DNA of 64,000 nt from Chiloscyllium plagiosum (taxonomy: Eukaryota): NCBI RefSeq assembly GCF_004010195.1, contig NC_057718.1, positions 98,430,518 through 98,494,517 on the forward strand, in the 5' to 3' direction. Within the stretch, counting starts at the first letter, position 1; every line of letters begins with the position of its first letter. The notes beneath the pieces were generated by a model. The model was not told the DNA's origin and searched no databases. It worked only from the letters and a program-made list of their open reading frames with translations. Shown here in pieces: positions 49,401 to 61,367 of the stretch. Both the position numbers and the translations under genes were made by a program.

Positions 49401-52064
49401 TAAATCCCACGAAACAGTGGAGGGCAGGCTTCAAAGACTTGCCCAGGATTGCAGAACTTTCTAAAATACAACAAAGGATCTCTATGAAATACTTCCTTTT
49501 AATATTTCTACTACACCCACATGTATGTTATTTCACTAATACGTTACTCCATTTGCTATACTACAGAAGTAGCTAGATTCTTAACTAAAAATAAAGGTCA
49601 AAGGTTACTGTGTATAGGTGAGAATTGAGGCCATAATCAGATCAGCCATAACGTTTTTGAATGGCTAAGGGACTGAGAGGCCTACTTCTGATTCAAATTT
49701 CCATGCTGATATGTAAACACTAGCTGCAACATATCCATTGAAAATCTGTTATATCTTCTGTCCTAGTGACAACATGCAACATAATTTTTAAAAATAGGAT
49801 GAGAAGCAAACAAACAAAAAGCACATCAAAATGTGAAACAAAAGCACTGAGTCTACAACAGCAAACATACTTTTGCCTCCAGTTAAAATATTTATTCACT
49901 TTTAAAACATAACGATCAACTATTGAAAATTAGAAATTACAGCCGCTTGCACCAATTAAAAATGTGCAGGGATTTTGGAAGTTCTTAAATGTGTGCATTT
50001 CTTTGGCTTTGCAAACCTAAAAATTCCAGCTTTTAAATTACTAGCTCAGATTCAGGTCTACTATGCCAAGTGTCCATTTCATTATCAATTCAAACATTAA
50101 TTCATAAATTCTACCTCAAAGGGGAACCTGCAGTTTATAAGGTAAGTCCCCATGATTCTTCTGAACAGTAGGGCTGCTCTCAAAGACAGAGACAACTGGA
50201 GCTGGTTTAGCCAGAGGGTCACCACGCCTCAGGTAAGGGGAAAGATTGAGAAGGAGAGTCCTTCAAGGTATCTTCAACCAGCACAGGAATTGAACCCATG
50301 CTGGTGCTGTCACTCTATCAAACGAGCCATCTAGCCAACTGAGCTATTAACCATTCTGTGCAGTTTACAGAACACATGCAGTGTGCTAATCTCCCACTTC
50401 AAATGCCTAGTGAAGGTCAGCCAGGTTCTCTTATTGGAACTGAAATTAATTAGCAGCCATATTAATTTATTTTACACTCAGACATTTGTCAGCTACTGGA
50501 ACTCCAAGCCTCCCTGCACAGTGTAATAGACTGCATGGATCATAAAAATACTGATATAGCTTGAATACTATTATGTTTTATACATAAAACACTAAAGAAT
50601 ATCCTTCTTCCTGGACTTGAATGCTATAACGTATCAATATATTTTACAATCAAGCATAAAGAATCAGTATCTTACTTGGAACCATTTAGAAAAAGGAATG
50701 AAAGAATAAAGGGATCTGCAAATGATAATGTAAGATATACTCACACACTTCTATCTTCATTAGTAAAAGCAGAATATTTTGATGGACCTATCGAAAAGAT
50801 TCTGCACCAGAGCATTTATTAGCTACTTAACAAATATTGGAATGCTGTTATATCTGTTCAGCAATGCAAACTTGTCTCATTGTTGAAGTATTCTTGAGGA
50901 GCTTCTCATTTTCACTCAATTGACAAATTAATCAGAAAATTTATGAATCTCACTCCTTTACTAAAGCTGCAAGAAATTCTAGCTGATAGAACTCTTACCA
51001 TAGATTTCAAACATCTTGAAACTTTGTGTGCCTTGTTACACACAAAATATACGGTTTCTACTTAGGATTTGCTGGGATTATAAACTCCCAGTATTTGATA
51101 GTGTCTATACCAATATTACTAATGTCTCACGGTCCTGTTACCATCAAAAATCCTTTTTGGAATTATTAGTTAATTTCCATCTCATTTGAGAGAGAATATT
51201 CAATGAAGAGGTACTCAATCCAATATTGTGCGGTGTAACACAATCGAAAAGGCTAATCTAATTAGAGCTCATTGGCCATGCCAGAAACAAAAGCGGTGCT
51301 AATCTGATTGTCTGTCATCAACAAAATAAAGTTTTCTCTTTGAAACCTGTTAAAGAAGCCATCAATGTAGTACATATACTGCATTGCTCATTTATTTACC
51401 ATTCACCGGTGATAGCTTAAATCAAATAGATTGTTTTCTATTCACCCAGTATACTAATGCTATTGAGTTGTAACATAACATTGGGACAGACAAGATTAAA
51501 GATACTTGTAAGCCATCCTGATCGCTATCTTGATATGGTGGAGGCTTGTGTGCTGAAAGATCCCTTAAGCAATTCCCCTGGGAGCTCCTTGTCCCTGAAA
51601 GGGGTAAAGAAAAGTTCAAACACATATGGAGTGGCAGAACAGGCAAGGGGAGACTGTATGCCTCACCAGCTGTGAAGATGGAATGCGACTGCAGTGGTAA
51701 GGTGGTCTCGGTCTTTATGGCTTGATATTGTACTGATCACCAAACCATCTTGATCATGTGCACAATGATGACATTGAAAGATCTCACATTGAACACAGCT
51801 TAAGTGCAAGCTTCCACCAAAGACCATGCGCCAAGTCTTATGACGATGGAGAATTGGTGACTGATACAGGGTTAGGAACCAGGGAGACCTTGAACAAAAA
51901 CAGGGTCAAAATAATTCCTTCTTCACTAGTTGATGCAGTCACTTAGTAACATTATATTCTGTATTTATGTTAATATGGAGTCTTGTGTCATCATCTAATA
52001 AGATCTGAAGGGATGCTCGAGACCCAGTGGAACAGTTGCCACCTTCCCAGGCAATCATGGAAGA

Positions 52065-52697
52065 TCTAACACCTGCCCATTAACTTCCTCCTTCCTCACT
52101 ATCCAAGGCCCCAGATACACCTTTCAGGTGAAGCAGCAATCTACCTGCACTTCACTTAACCTAGTCTCCTGTATTCGCTGCTCACAATGTGATCTCTTTG
52201 ACATTGGAGAGATGAAGCACAAACTGTGCGACCGCTTTGCAGAACACCTACATTCTACTTGCAGAAATGACTGAGCTTTTCTCTTTAACACTTTAACACA
52301 CCATTGTGTTGCCTAGCCAACATGTGTGTCTTGGGCTTGCTGTCATGCACCAACGACTTCTGCAGCCTTCTGGGCTCAATATAGAGTTTAACAATTTTAA
52401 GGCTTGAGCACTTTTTCTCTTGTCCTTGCCCCAACCCCCTCACACCAAGCCTTGCTGCTACTAGAAACAATATATACCTTTGCCCAACTATTTTCTCTCT
52501 CTTTGGCCTCCATCTCCATCTACTCCATCACCTCCTCCCCCCGCCCGCCCAACCCATCTTCAGCACATAGACCAATCTTTTCCTAGCTACAATCAGTTCT
52601 GAAGGAGGATGTCTGGACCTGAAAGGCTAAATCTATTATTTCTCTCTCCACAGATGCTGTCAGACCTGCTAAAGTTTTCCAGCACGTTCTGGTTTTG
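52065..52697 (+). mobile_element. Penelope-like element 3' part (GIY-YIG) with terminal repeat
   Basis: TCP.TSSFLTIQGPRYTFQVKQQSTCTSLNLVSCIRCSQCDLFDIGEMKHKLCDRFAEHL (decayed GIY-YIG with CxxC), followed by a terminal repeat cagttctgaaggagg...gaaagg...agatgctgtcagacctgct. Confidence 0.8.
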
Positions 52698-53679
52698 TAA
52701 CAGTTGATCATATTTTATTGAGGATTAATTAGGGGACAATAAATATGGGGAGCTATTATACAGTGCATTGAATGTTTTATGCAGTGCGACTAACTGAAAT
52801 GAAGTTCTCTCGAAGTAAGTGTGGACTTGGATTTTGTCCAAAGCTACGAGGGCCATCTGTAAACTAAACAAATGGACAAAATCACCTTCATTCATAAAAT
52901 TATGTCTCTGTCTTTAAGGATGACAATATCATTAGTCAATGCAGGAAAGAACATTTTGAACAACTCAACTGTGAATCTGTAGTGATAGCCAATAGTCTTC
53001 AGATAATATCCCAGTATCCTAGTTTAGAATCCATGGGCATTCCAGCATTGACAGAAAAGCTGCAATATACCATCAAACAGTGCTAGTGAGCATCTGAACA
53101 GTGGGATTCAGCAATTGAACATGTGGCTGGTAAGTCTGTGGAAGAAGGACAGCCAGTTTCTGAGATATTGACACCAATTTTGAGACAGATGACACCTGTA
53201 TATGATAGTCAGGTTGCACCTTTGTAGGACTAGGACTAACATCCTCACAGTGAGATTTACTAGTACTACTCGGCAAAGTTTAACTCAATTTGCAGGTGAA
53301 TGGCAATCTGAGCAAGGGCTTAGACTGAAGGGAAGAAAAATGGATAGCAGGAAGTAGAAATATAGCAAGCAAAGTTCAAAGGTAGACAAATTGGATGCAA
53401 GCGTTGAATTAGACTAGAATTTGGAATAATGTTAAAAAAAAAAGACAAAAGCAATCTAAATGAAGGCAGTATTCATTACAAGGTTGATGATTTGAAAATA
53501 CAAATAGAGGTAAATGGGTATGGCTTTAATTGTCACCATGGAGAACTAGTAGAATTGATAAGGGGGAGCCAGTAGATGTGATTTAATTTTAGAAGACTTT
53601 CAATAAAGATCCCATATGAGACAGTAGCATTTCAATGAAGGTAGTGTAGTGACATGGAGTGACTAGTTGGCAGACATTT

Positions 53680-54448
53680 TTGAGTGGGAGCAGCGAAGTA
53701 AAAGCGAACCCGGGAGACTACAGCAAAGGTAAGACAGTTCGTTTTAAAATTGCTTACCTGTAGCGGGCAGCGGTGTGTTTTTTTTTACTCTCTCTCCACA
53801 GAAAGAGCGGGAGTAGCAGAGGAAGTGACGGCAAGCAGAGGGGCAGCCGGGAAGGGAAAGTGAGTATATAAGTCAGGAAGGCGGCTAAACCCGAGATTCT
53901 ACACCTGTAGTATCTCCCACCCACCCTCCTCCTCTAACCTTCTTAACTACTCTGCTTTTTCTTTTAAGGTAAGGATTTTTATTTCTTTACCAGGGACTAG
54001 TTAAAAATTTACTTCGTTTTTTTTTTGTGTGTATACATCAAGTCCTTATTTAGGGTAAAAAAAAACTATAGCAGAGAGGTATCAGAAGGTATTCTAACTC
54101 ATACTGGTACAAAGTAAGTAATTAACTAACTAAGCAGAGATGGCTGGGCAGGTGATATGCTGTTGCTGTATGATGTGGGAGCTGGCTGATCCCATTGTGA
54201 ACGGCAGTGACCACATCTGCAGCAAGTGTTGGTTGCTGGAAGAACTCCGGATCAGAGTTGATGATCTGGAATCTGAGCTTCAAACACTGCGGCACATCCG
54301 GGAGGGGGAGAGTTACCTGGATGCTTTGTTTCAGGAGGCAGTCACACCTGGGAGATTAAGTAATTCACATTCAGCTAGTGATCAGGCACAAAAGAGTGTG
54401 ACTGTAAGTGAGGCAGACAGGGGGAGCCTGAGTTCAGGAGTGCAGGAG
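53680..54448 (+). mobile_element. Young CR1 5'UTR and ORF1 start, truncated by the assembly gap
   Basis: CpG-retaining 5' region; open ORF from 54140 MAGQVICCCCMMWEL...HICSKCWLLEELRIRVDDLESELQTLRHIRE (Zn-finger + leucine zipper typical of CR1 ORF1). Confidence 0.8.
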
Positions 54449-55427
54449 NNNNNNNNNNNNNNNNNNNNNNNNNNNNNNNNNNNNNNNNNNNNNNNNNNNN
54501 NNNNNNNNNNNNNNNNNNNNNNNNNNNNNNNNNNNNNNNNNNNNNNNNNNNNNNNNNNNNNNNNNNNNNNNNNNNNNNNNNNNNNNNNNNNNNNNNNNNN
54601 NNNNNNNNNNNNNNNNNNNNNNNNNNNNNNNNNNNNNNNNNNNNNNNNNNNNNNNNNNNNNNNNNNNNNNNNNNNNNNNNNNNNNNNNNNNNNNNNNNNN
54701 NNNNNNNNNNNNNNNNNNNNNNNNNNNNNNNNNNNNNNNNNNNNNNNNNNNNNNNNNNNNNNNNNNNNNNNNNNNNNNNNNNNNNNNNNNNNNNNNNNNN
54801 NNNNNNNNNNNNNNNNNNNNNNNNNNNNNNNNNNNNNNNNNNNNNNNNNNNNNNNNNNNNNNNNNNNNNNNNNNNNNNNNNNNNNNNNNNNNNNNNNNNN
54901 NNNNNNNNNNNNNNNNNNNNNNNNNNNNNNNNNNNNNNNNNNNNNNNNNNNNNNNNNNNNNNNNNNNNNNNNNNNNNNNNNNNNNNNNNNNNNNNNNNNN
55001 NNNNNNNNNNNNNNNNNNNNNNNNNNNNNNNNNNNNNNNNNNNNNNNNNNNNNNNNNNNNNNNNNNNNNNNNNNNNNNNNNNNNNNNNNNNNNNNNNNNN
55101 NNNNNNNNNNNNNNNNNNNNNNNNNNNNNNNNNNNNNNNNNNNNNNNNNNNNNNNNNNNNNNNNNNNNNNNNNNNNNNNNNNNNNNNNNNNNNNNNNNNN
55201 NNNNNNNNNNNNNNNNNNNNNNNNNNNNNNNNNNNNNNNNNNNNNNNNNNNNNNNNNNNNNNNNNNNNNNNNNNNNNNNNNNNNNNNNNNNNNNNNNNNN
55301 NNNNNNNNNNNNNNNNNNNNNNNNNNNNNNNNNNNNNNNNNNNNNNNNNNNNNNNNNNNNNNNNNNNNNNNNNNNNNNNNNNNNNNNNNNNNNNNNNNNN
55401 NNNNNNNNNNNNNNNNNNNNNNNNNNN
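54449..55427. other. Assembly gap (N run)
   Basis: Continuous n characters, followed by a (CT)n microsatellite. Confidence 0.99.
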
Positions 55428-55974
55428 CTCTCTCTCGCCCCCATCTCTCTCTCTCTCTCTCTCTTCCTGCCCACTGTTTCCCCTCTCTCTCTTGCCCCCA
55501 ACTGCTTCTCTTTACCCCTTTCCCTGCACACAAAAACAAACATGCCTAAATCATCAAAGACTGCATAATTTCAGTGCTAATCTTGGGTGTTACTGAGCAT
55601 AATGATCATTTCATCAGTTTCATCGTCCTTAGGCAAGCACCTGCAATCATGGTGGGTCTTGCACTTTTGTCAGTAGCCCACAACTGAAATAAAATTTGAG
55701 TGTTTGGTAATTAAAAATTTTGGTTAAAACTATCCTGAAGCAAGTGCTGATGTGATAATCCTATCAAACAGATTTATTTTCAGGGGAGCACAATTACTGC
55801 CTGGAACTTGCACTGGCTTTCCACTGAGCCTTTTAATAAGATTTGTATTTGAATTATTCATAGTTTTAAACTGAGTACTAACAGCTCTTTCGAATTTGAT
55901 TTAAGCTTCTCAGGTTCTTTTTGCAGAATTTTTGCAATTGGAGTAATTGTGATTTACCTAACTCATCACCTACC

Positions 55975-56912
55975 TCGATACTGTCCGATCCCCCCAGCCC
56001 AGGAACATACATTTGGGACACCACCCACGCCCTCCATCACCTCCAAGACTTATGTTTCCCTGGCCCCCAACACCTCATCTTCACCATCCCTATATACCTC
56101 CATTTCCAAACTCTCAATTTCTTCCTCTTCTGACGTCCCCACCAGTACCCTTCCACTAACACACTCATTCGTTTGGCTGAACTGATCCCCACCCTCAATA
56201 ATTTCTCCTTTGAATTCTCCCACTTCCTCCAGACAAAAGGGGTAGCCATGGGCACCCACATGGGCCCCAGCTATGCCTGTCCCTTTGTCGATTATGTGGA
56301 ACAGTCTATCTTCAGTAGTTACACAGGCACCATTCCTCCTTTTCCTCTGCTACATCCATCACTATATCGGCACCACCTCATGCTCCTACAAGGAGGTTGA
56401 ACAGTTCATCAACTGCCTTAAAACACATTCCACCCCAACCTTAAATTCATCTGGACAATCTCAGACATCTCCCTCCCCTTCCTGGACCTCTCCATCTCCA
56501 TCAACGGTGACCAACTCAACACTGACATCTACAAACCTATTTACTCTCACAGGTACCTGGACTATACCTCCTCCAACCCTGCCTCCTGTAAAAATATCCC
56601 TTATTCCCAATTACTCCACCTCTGCCACATATGCTCCCGGGGGACCAGTTTCACCACAGAACACACCAGATGACCTCCTCCTTTGAAGACCACAGTGTCC
56701 CCTCCCATGTGGTCGATGATGCCCTTCAGCGTATCTCATCCACTTCCCCCCACGAATTCCACCCCAACAGCCGTAACAAGGACAGAACCCTTCTCTTCCC
56801 CGAAGAGCTTTTGCCCGAAGGTCGACTCTCCTGCTTCTCGGATGCTGCCTGACTTGCTGCGCTTTTCCAGCACCACACACTAATGTCCAACATCTGCAGT
56901 CCTCACTTTTGC
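55975..56912 (+). mobile_element. Penelope-like element RT fragment with internal deletion and terminal repeat
   Basis: LNNFSF..SHFLQTKGVAMGTHMGPSYAC (PLE RT QxxGxxMG motif); ends gcccgaaggtcgactctcctgc...ctgcagtcctcacttt. Confidence 0.85.
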
Positions 56913-57737
56913 GCAGTTGTGCTTTCGTCCATTACTGCATTGGATTCATATAGAGCCCCAGAAGCAGAAAGAGGGCATGGCATCCTTGTGTACCACACAG
57001 TTGTAGGGTAAGAATAATGTACTCTGCCATTAACTGGCATTTTTAGTGGGTGTTTTTATATTGCTGTATTGGTAGTGGTAAGACTTGTACTTAATTTATA
57101 AGTTATAGATGATTAGTAATCAGGGTGATGAGCAATAATATATCACTACATGATACTGAATGGATGGAACAGTGTCTTAAATCTGTGAGTTCCCAACTTC
57201 TAGGAAGTAGATGTCAGAGGCTTCTCTGTTTGAATGTATTTTAGGCCCATTTAGGTTCATTGAGAGAAGTACAGACAAAAACATTGGTGCATGTCAAGCA
57301 CTTGTCCTCAACTTGCAGGAAGAGTAAGTATAAAGTGCAGTGAGGAACATAGAACAGAACAGCACAGTACTGGTCCTTCAGCCCTCAATGTTGTGCTGAT
57401 CTGTAATCTTTCTCTAAGATCAAACTAACCAACGTTTTACTATCATCCAGAATCGGTGAAGTTGAGGGCTACGAGGTGGTATTATCAAAGATGAATTACC
57501 ACCTGGGGCAGATCAGCCATGTTCATAAAGAATGGTGGGACAGGCTTGATCGGCTCAATGGCTGACTCCTCCTCTTTCTTTTGCTCTTATGTGCAATAAT
57601 AACATACGTCTTGCTGCCAAATTCATTTTTTAAAGTTCCAAAGAGAATTCAATTCCAATCTCTATATCCTCACAGTAATTCACAGAATCATTGAATCACT
57701 ACAGTGTGGAAACAGGCCACTCGGCCCAGCAAGTCCG

Positions 57738-58402
57738 CATTGATTAAGAAAGCGAATGCAATGTTGTCTCTTATCTCAAGAGGGTTGGAATATAAAAGCA
57801 GAGATGTACTACTAAGACTTTATAAAGCTCTGGTTAGGCCCCATTTGGAGTACTGTGTCCAGTTTTGGTCCCCACACCTCAGGAAGGACATACTGGCACT
57901 GGAACGTGTCCAGCGGAGATTCACACGGATGATCCCTGGAATGACAGGTCTAACATATGAGGAATGGCTGAGGATACTGGGATTGTATTCGTTGGAGTTT
58001 AGAAGATTAAGGGGAGACTTAATAGAGATGTACAAAATAATACATGGCTTGGAAAAGGTGGATGCTAGGAAATTGTTTCAGTTAAACGTGGAGACTAGGA
58101 CCCGTGGACACAGCCTTAGAATTAGAGGGGGTCATTTCAGAACAGAAATGCGGAGATATTTCTTCAGCCAGAGAGTGGTGGGCCTGTGGAATTCATTGCC
58201 ACGGAGTGCAGTGGAAGCCGGGATGCTAAATGTCTTCAAGGCCGAGATTGATAGATTCTTGTTGTCTAGAGGAATTAAGGGCTACGGGGAGAACGCTGGT
58301 AAGTGGAGCTGAAATGCACATCAGCCATGATTGAATGGCGGAGTGGACTCGATGGGCCGAATGGCCTTACTTCCACTCCTATGTCTTATGGTCTTATGGT
58401 CT
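57738..58402 (+). mobile_element. Young 5'-truncated CR1/HER1 LINE with uninterrupted ORF2 C-terminus
   Basis: About 190 open codons IKKANAML...LVRPHLEYCVQFWSP...RYFFSQRVVGLWNSLP...; tail tcctatgtcttatggtcttatggtct; preceded by an inverted HE1 tail stub (57683-57737). Confidence 0.92.
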
Positions 58403-59310
58403 AAGAAGCAGAGAAATGGATTAAATGGGCCTTTTTCTGAATGGAATGCAGTGACTAGAGTGCTTGGGCTTCAGCTATTCACAATATGTCTTTAAGATTT
58501 AGATGAGAGAACTAAATGTAATCTATTCAAGTTTACTGACAATACAAAGCTTTTGGGAGGTTGGGCTGTAAGGAGGCTGCGTTGATGCTTCAATGTGATT
58601 TGGACAAGTTGAGTGAGTGAGCAAACGCATGGCAGATGAAGCATAATGTGGATAAATGAGGTTCTTCACTTTGGTAGCAAAAACAGGAAGGTAAGTTATT
58701 ATCTGCATGGTGATAGATTGGGAAAAGGGGAGGTACAATAAGACCTGGGTGTCCAACAAGGCAAATAGTACGTTGCCCTGTCATGGTGGCAGGATTCGAA
58801 TACAGGAGAAGCGATGAGTATCTGCAATTGTACAGGGCCTTGGTGAGACCACATTCTGGAGTACTGAGAGAAGTTTGGGTATCTCTACTTCAGGAAGGAT
58901 GTCCTGACTATGAAGAGAGACTGGATCAGTTAAGAGTACTTGGAGATTAGAAGAAGAGGAGGGTTCTCATAGAAACCTATGAAATTCTAAAGGAATTGCC
59001 AGGATAAATGCAGATGTTCCCAAAAATAGGGAAAGTCCAGAAATAGGGATCACAAGTTAAGGACACAAGGTAGGGCATTTAGGACTGAAATGAAGAGAAA
59101 TTTCTTCACCCAGAGAATGGTGAGTGTACAATTCTCTATGGAAGAAGGCAAGGTCAAAGTAGTGAATGTTTTTAAGAAGGAGTTGGATATGGTTCTTCGG
59201 GCTTAAAAGGGATCAAAGAGTATGGGGAGAAAGTTGAACAGTAAACTGCGTTGATGGTTAGCTATGATCATACTGAACAGCTCAAAAGGCTCCTGTTCCT
59301 CTTTTCTGTG
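58403..59310 (+). mobile_element. Older decayed CR1 ORF2 3' part
   Basis: aagtttactgacaatacaaag (KFADDTK-like), gtacagggccttggtgagaccac, aatttcttcacccagagaatggtg. Confidence 0.78.
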
Positions 59311-59414
59311 TTTCTATATACCCAATGCCACTCCTCCATCAAAATGGATCTGTTCTGTGACTACAGATATTGAAATACATCTATTGCAGGAAGTCATTAT
59401 AATCATTTTACTGG

Positions 59415-60395
59415 TGGTTCTGCTTACAATTTACATAGATGATTTACAGTTGGGGACCAAGTGCAGTGTGTTAATGTTTGCAGATGCCATCAAAATGAGT
59501 GGTAGAGCAAAGTGTGCAGAGGACATTGAAAGCCTGCAGAGGGATATTGATAGGTTAAGCCAGTGGCAAGAGTCTGGCAGATGGAGAACAATGTTGATAA
59601 ATGTGAGGTTATCCATTTTAGTTGGAATAACCGCAAGACAGGCTATTATTTAAATGGGTGAAACATTACAGCATGCTGCTGTGCAGAGTGACTTGGGTGT
59701 CCTTGTGCATGAAGCACAAAACATTGGTTTGCAGATACAGCAGGCAATTAAGGTGGCATATGAAATATTGTGCTTCATTGCTTGAGGAATCGAGTCAAAA
59801 AATAGGGAGGTTATGCTGAAGTTGTGTAGGCCACACTTGGAGTACTATGTACAGTTTTGGTCTCCTTACTTGAGAAAGGATGTACTGGCACTGGGTGGGG
59901 TGCAGAAGAGGTTCACTAGGTTGATTAGAGAATTGAGAGGGTCAGCTTAATGAGGACAGATTAAGTAGACTGGGATTATACTCATCGGAATTGAGAAAAA
60001 TAAAGGGGAAATGTTATCAAAACACAAAATTAAGAAGGGAATAGATAAGATAGTAGTAGAGAGATGGTTTCACCTGGCAGATGAATCTAGAACTATGGGG
60101 AACAGCCTCAAATAAGGGGAAGCAGATTTAGGACTGAATTGAGAAAGAATTTCTTCACCCAGAGGGTTCTGAATCTGTGGAATTCCTTGCTCAGTGAAGC
60201 AGCTGAGGCTACCTCGTTGAATGTTTTTTAAGGCAAAGATAGATAGATTTTCGAACAGTAAAGAAATTAAGGGTTATGGGTGAGCAGGTGGGTAAGTGGA
60301 CCTGAGTCCACAAAAAGATCAACCATGATCTTATTGAATGGCGGAGCAGGCTCAAAGGGCCAGATGGCCTACTCCTTTTTCTTGTGTTCTTATGA
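59415..60395 (+). mobile_element. CR1 ORF2 3' part and 3'UTR
   Basis: TIYIDDL...MFADAIK...LQRDIDRL; ccacacttggagtactatgtacagttttgg; tail ggccagatggcctactcc...ttcttatg. Confidence 0.82.
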
Positions 60396-61163
60396 TATTA
60401 GTTGAAAGGTTAGGGAAACCCAATGGATGACTGCTAGTCATCAATAAGAACCAAGCCGATTCAATGCAGATGTTGATACTTCTCTAACAAACCTACATAT
60501 AAGTATTAAGGACAAACATCAGTTGTATGATGTCAGTATTCTTCCATAAAGATTCTGATACCTGTACAGAACAGCCTTTCAAATGATTGCTGCCTGCTGT
60601 TTCTTTACATACCTCAGTTTGCAAAGAGACTGCACTATTAGACAAGTTGTAGACAGCAACAATATTTACTGACTCAGAAGGAAACACCAAGAGTTCGAAA
60701 ACACTTTCAGTTAAGTGGTAGAACACAGCCAAAGCACAGGACTTGTTCTCATGTCAATAACATGCCAATCACACTGATTGAGGCCTTGGAAAAGGAATTC
60801 TGGAATGACTATCATTTCTCACCTTAATCTACCTCACAAAAGAACGACTGTCAACATATTGCACCGTATCAAAGATTCCAAATTTTTAGAGTTATGTCCC
60901 TCATTCTTTCTGCTTTGTCAGAAGTACAAAAAAACTGATTAAGCTACTTTTATAATCATGTGATAAAACTCAGATTACAATTAAGTAATTGTTAAATTTT
61001 CATACATTATTTGCAGATTTCTTGTCACAAACTCTATTGCCAAGTTGCAACTATCTTAAGGTTACATTATAGATAATAACACCTAATCTTTCAATATAAT
61101 AGCATTAAATGCAAAAGGCAATACAAATCATAAAATCCAGCATGAAAAACAATGAACCTGTAC

Positions 61164-61367
61164 CTTCATAGGAGCTAACTGTATAGGAGTTATACAGGAT
61201 GGATCAACCACAGGTTTTGGTCTATTTGCTGTATCTGCAAGCAAACTCTGCCATTGCTGAGGAAGTCCTGTAAATTTCTGCTCATGGTGGTCAAATCCAG
61301 TATGAACCCGATGCTCAAAGTTAGAAGGTGCAGAGATTTCGAGGCGTTTCTTCTTCTTTCCAAACAT
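61164..61367 (-). CDS. PAK5: PAK5 first coding exon (68 codons): basic N-terminus, CRIB/PBD domain and RPKP pseudosubstrate
   Basis: Translates to [68 protein letters not shown], which closely matches the group II PAK5 N-terminus. ATG at 61367-61365; phase-0 donor AAG|GTACAG after 61164. The 5' acceptor is uncertain, with candidate AGs just before 61378, 61387 and 61475. Confidence 0.96.

Noticed and set aside
54140..55549. Long ORFs of 369-469 aa in the ORF track
   Set aside because: They run through the N gap; only 54140-54448 is real sequence (CR1 ORF1).
57704..58312. 202-aa ORF as a host gene
   Set aside because: It is a chimera of an inverted HE1 tail and a CR1 ORF2 C-terminus with a GTG start.
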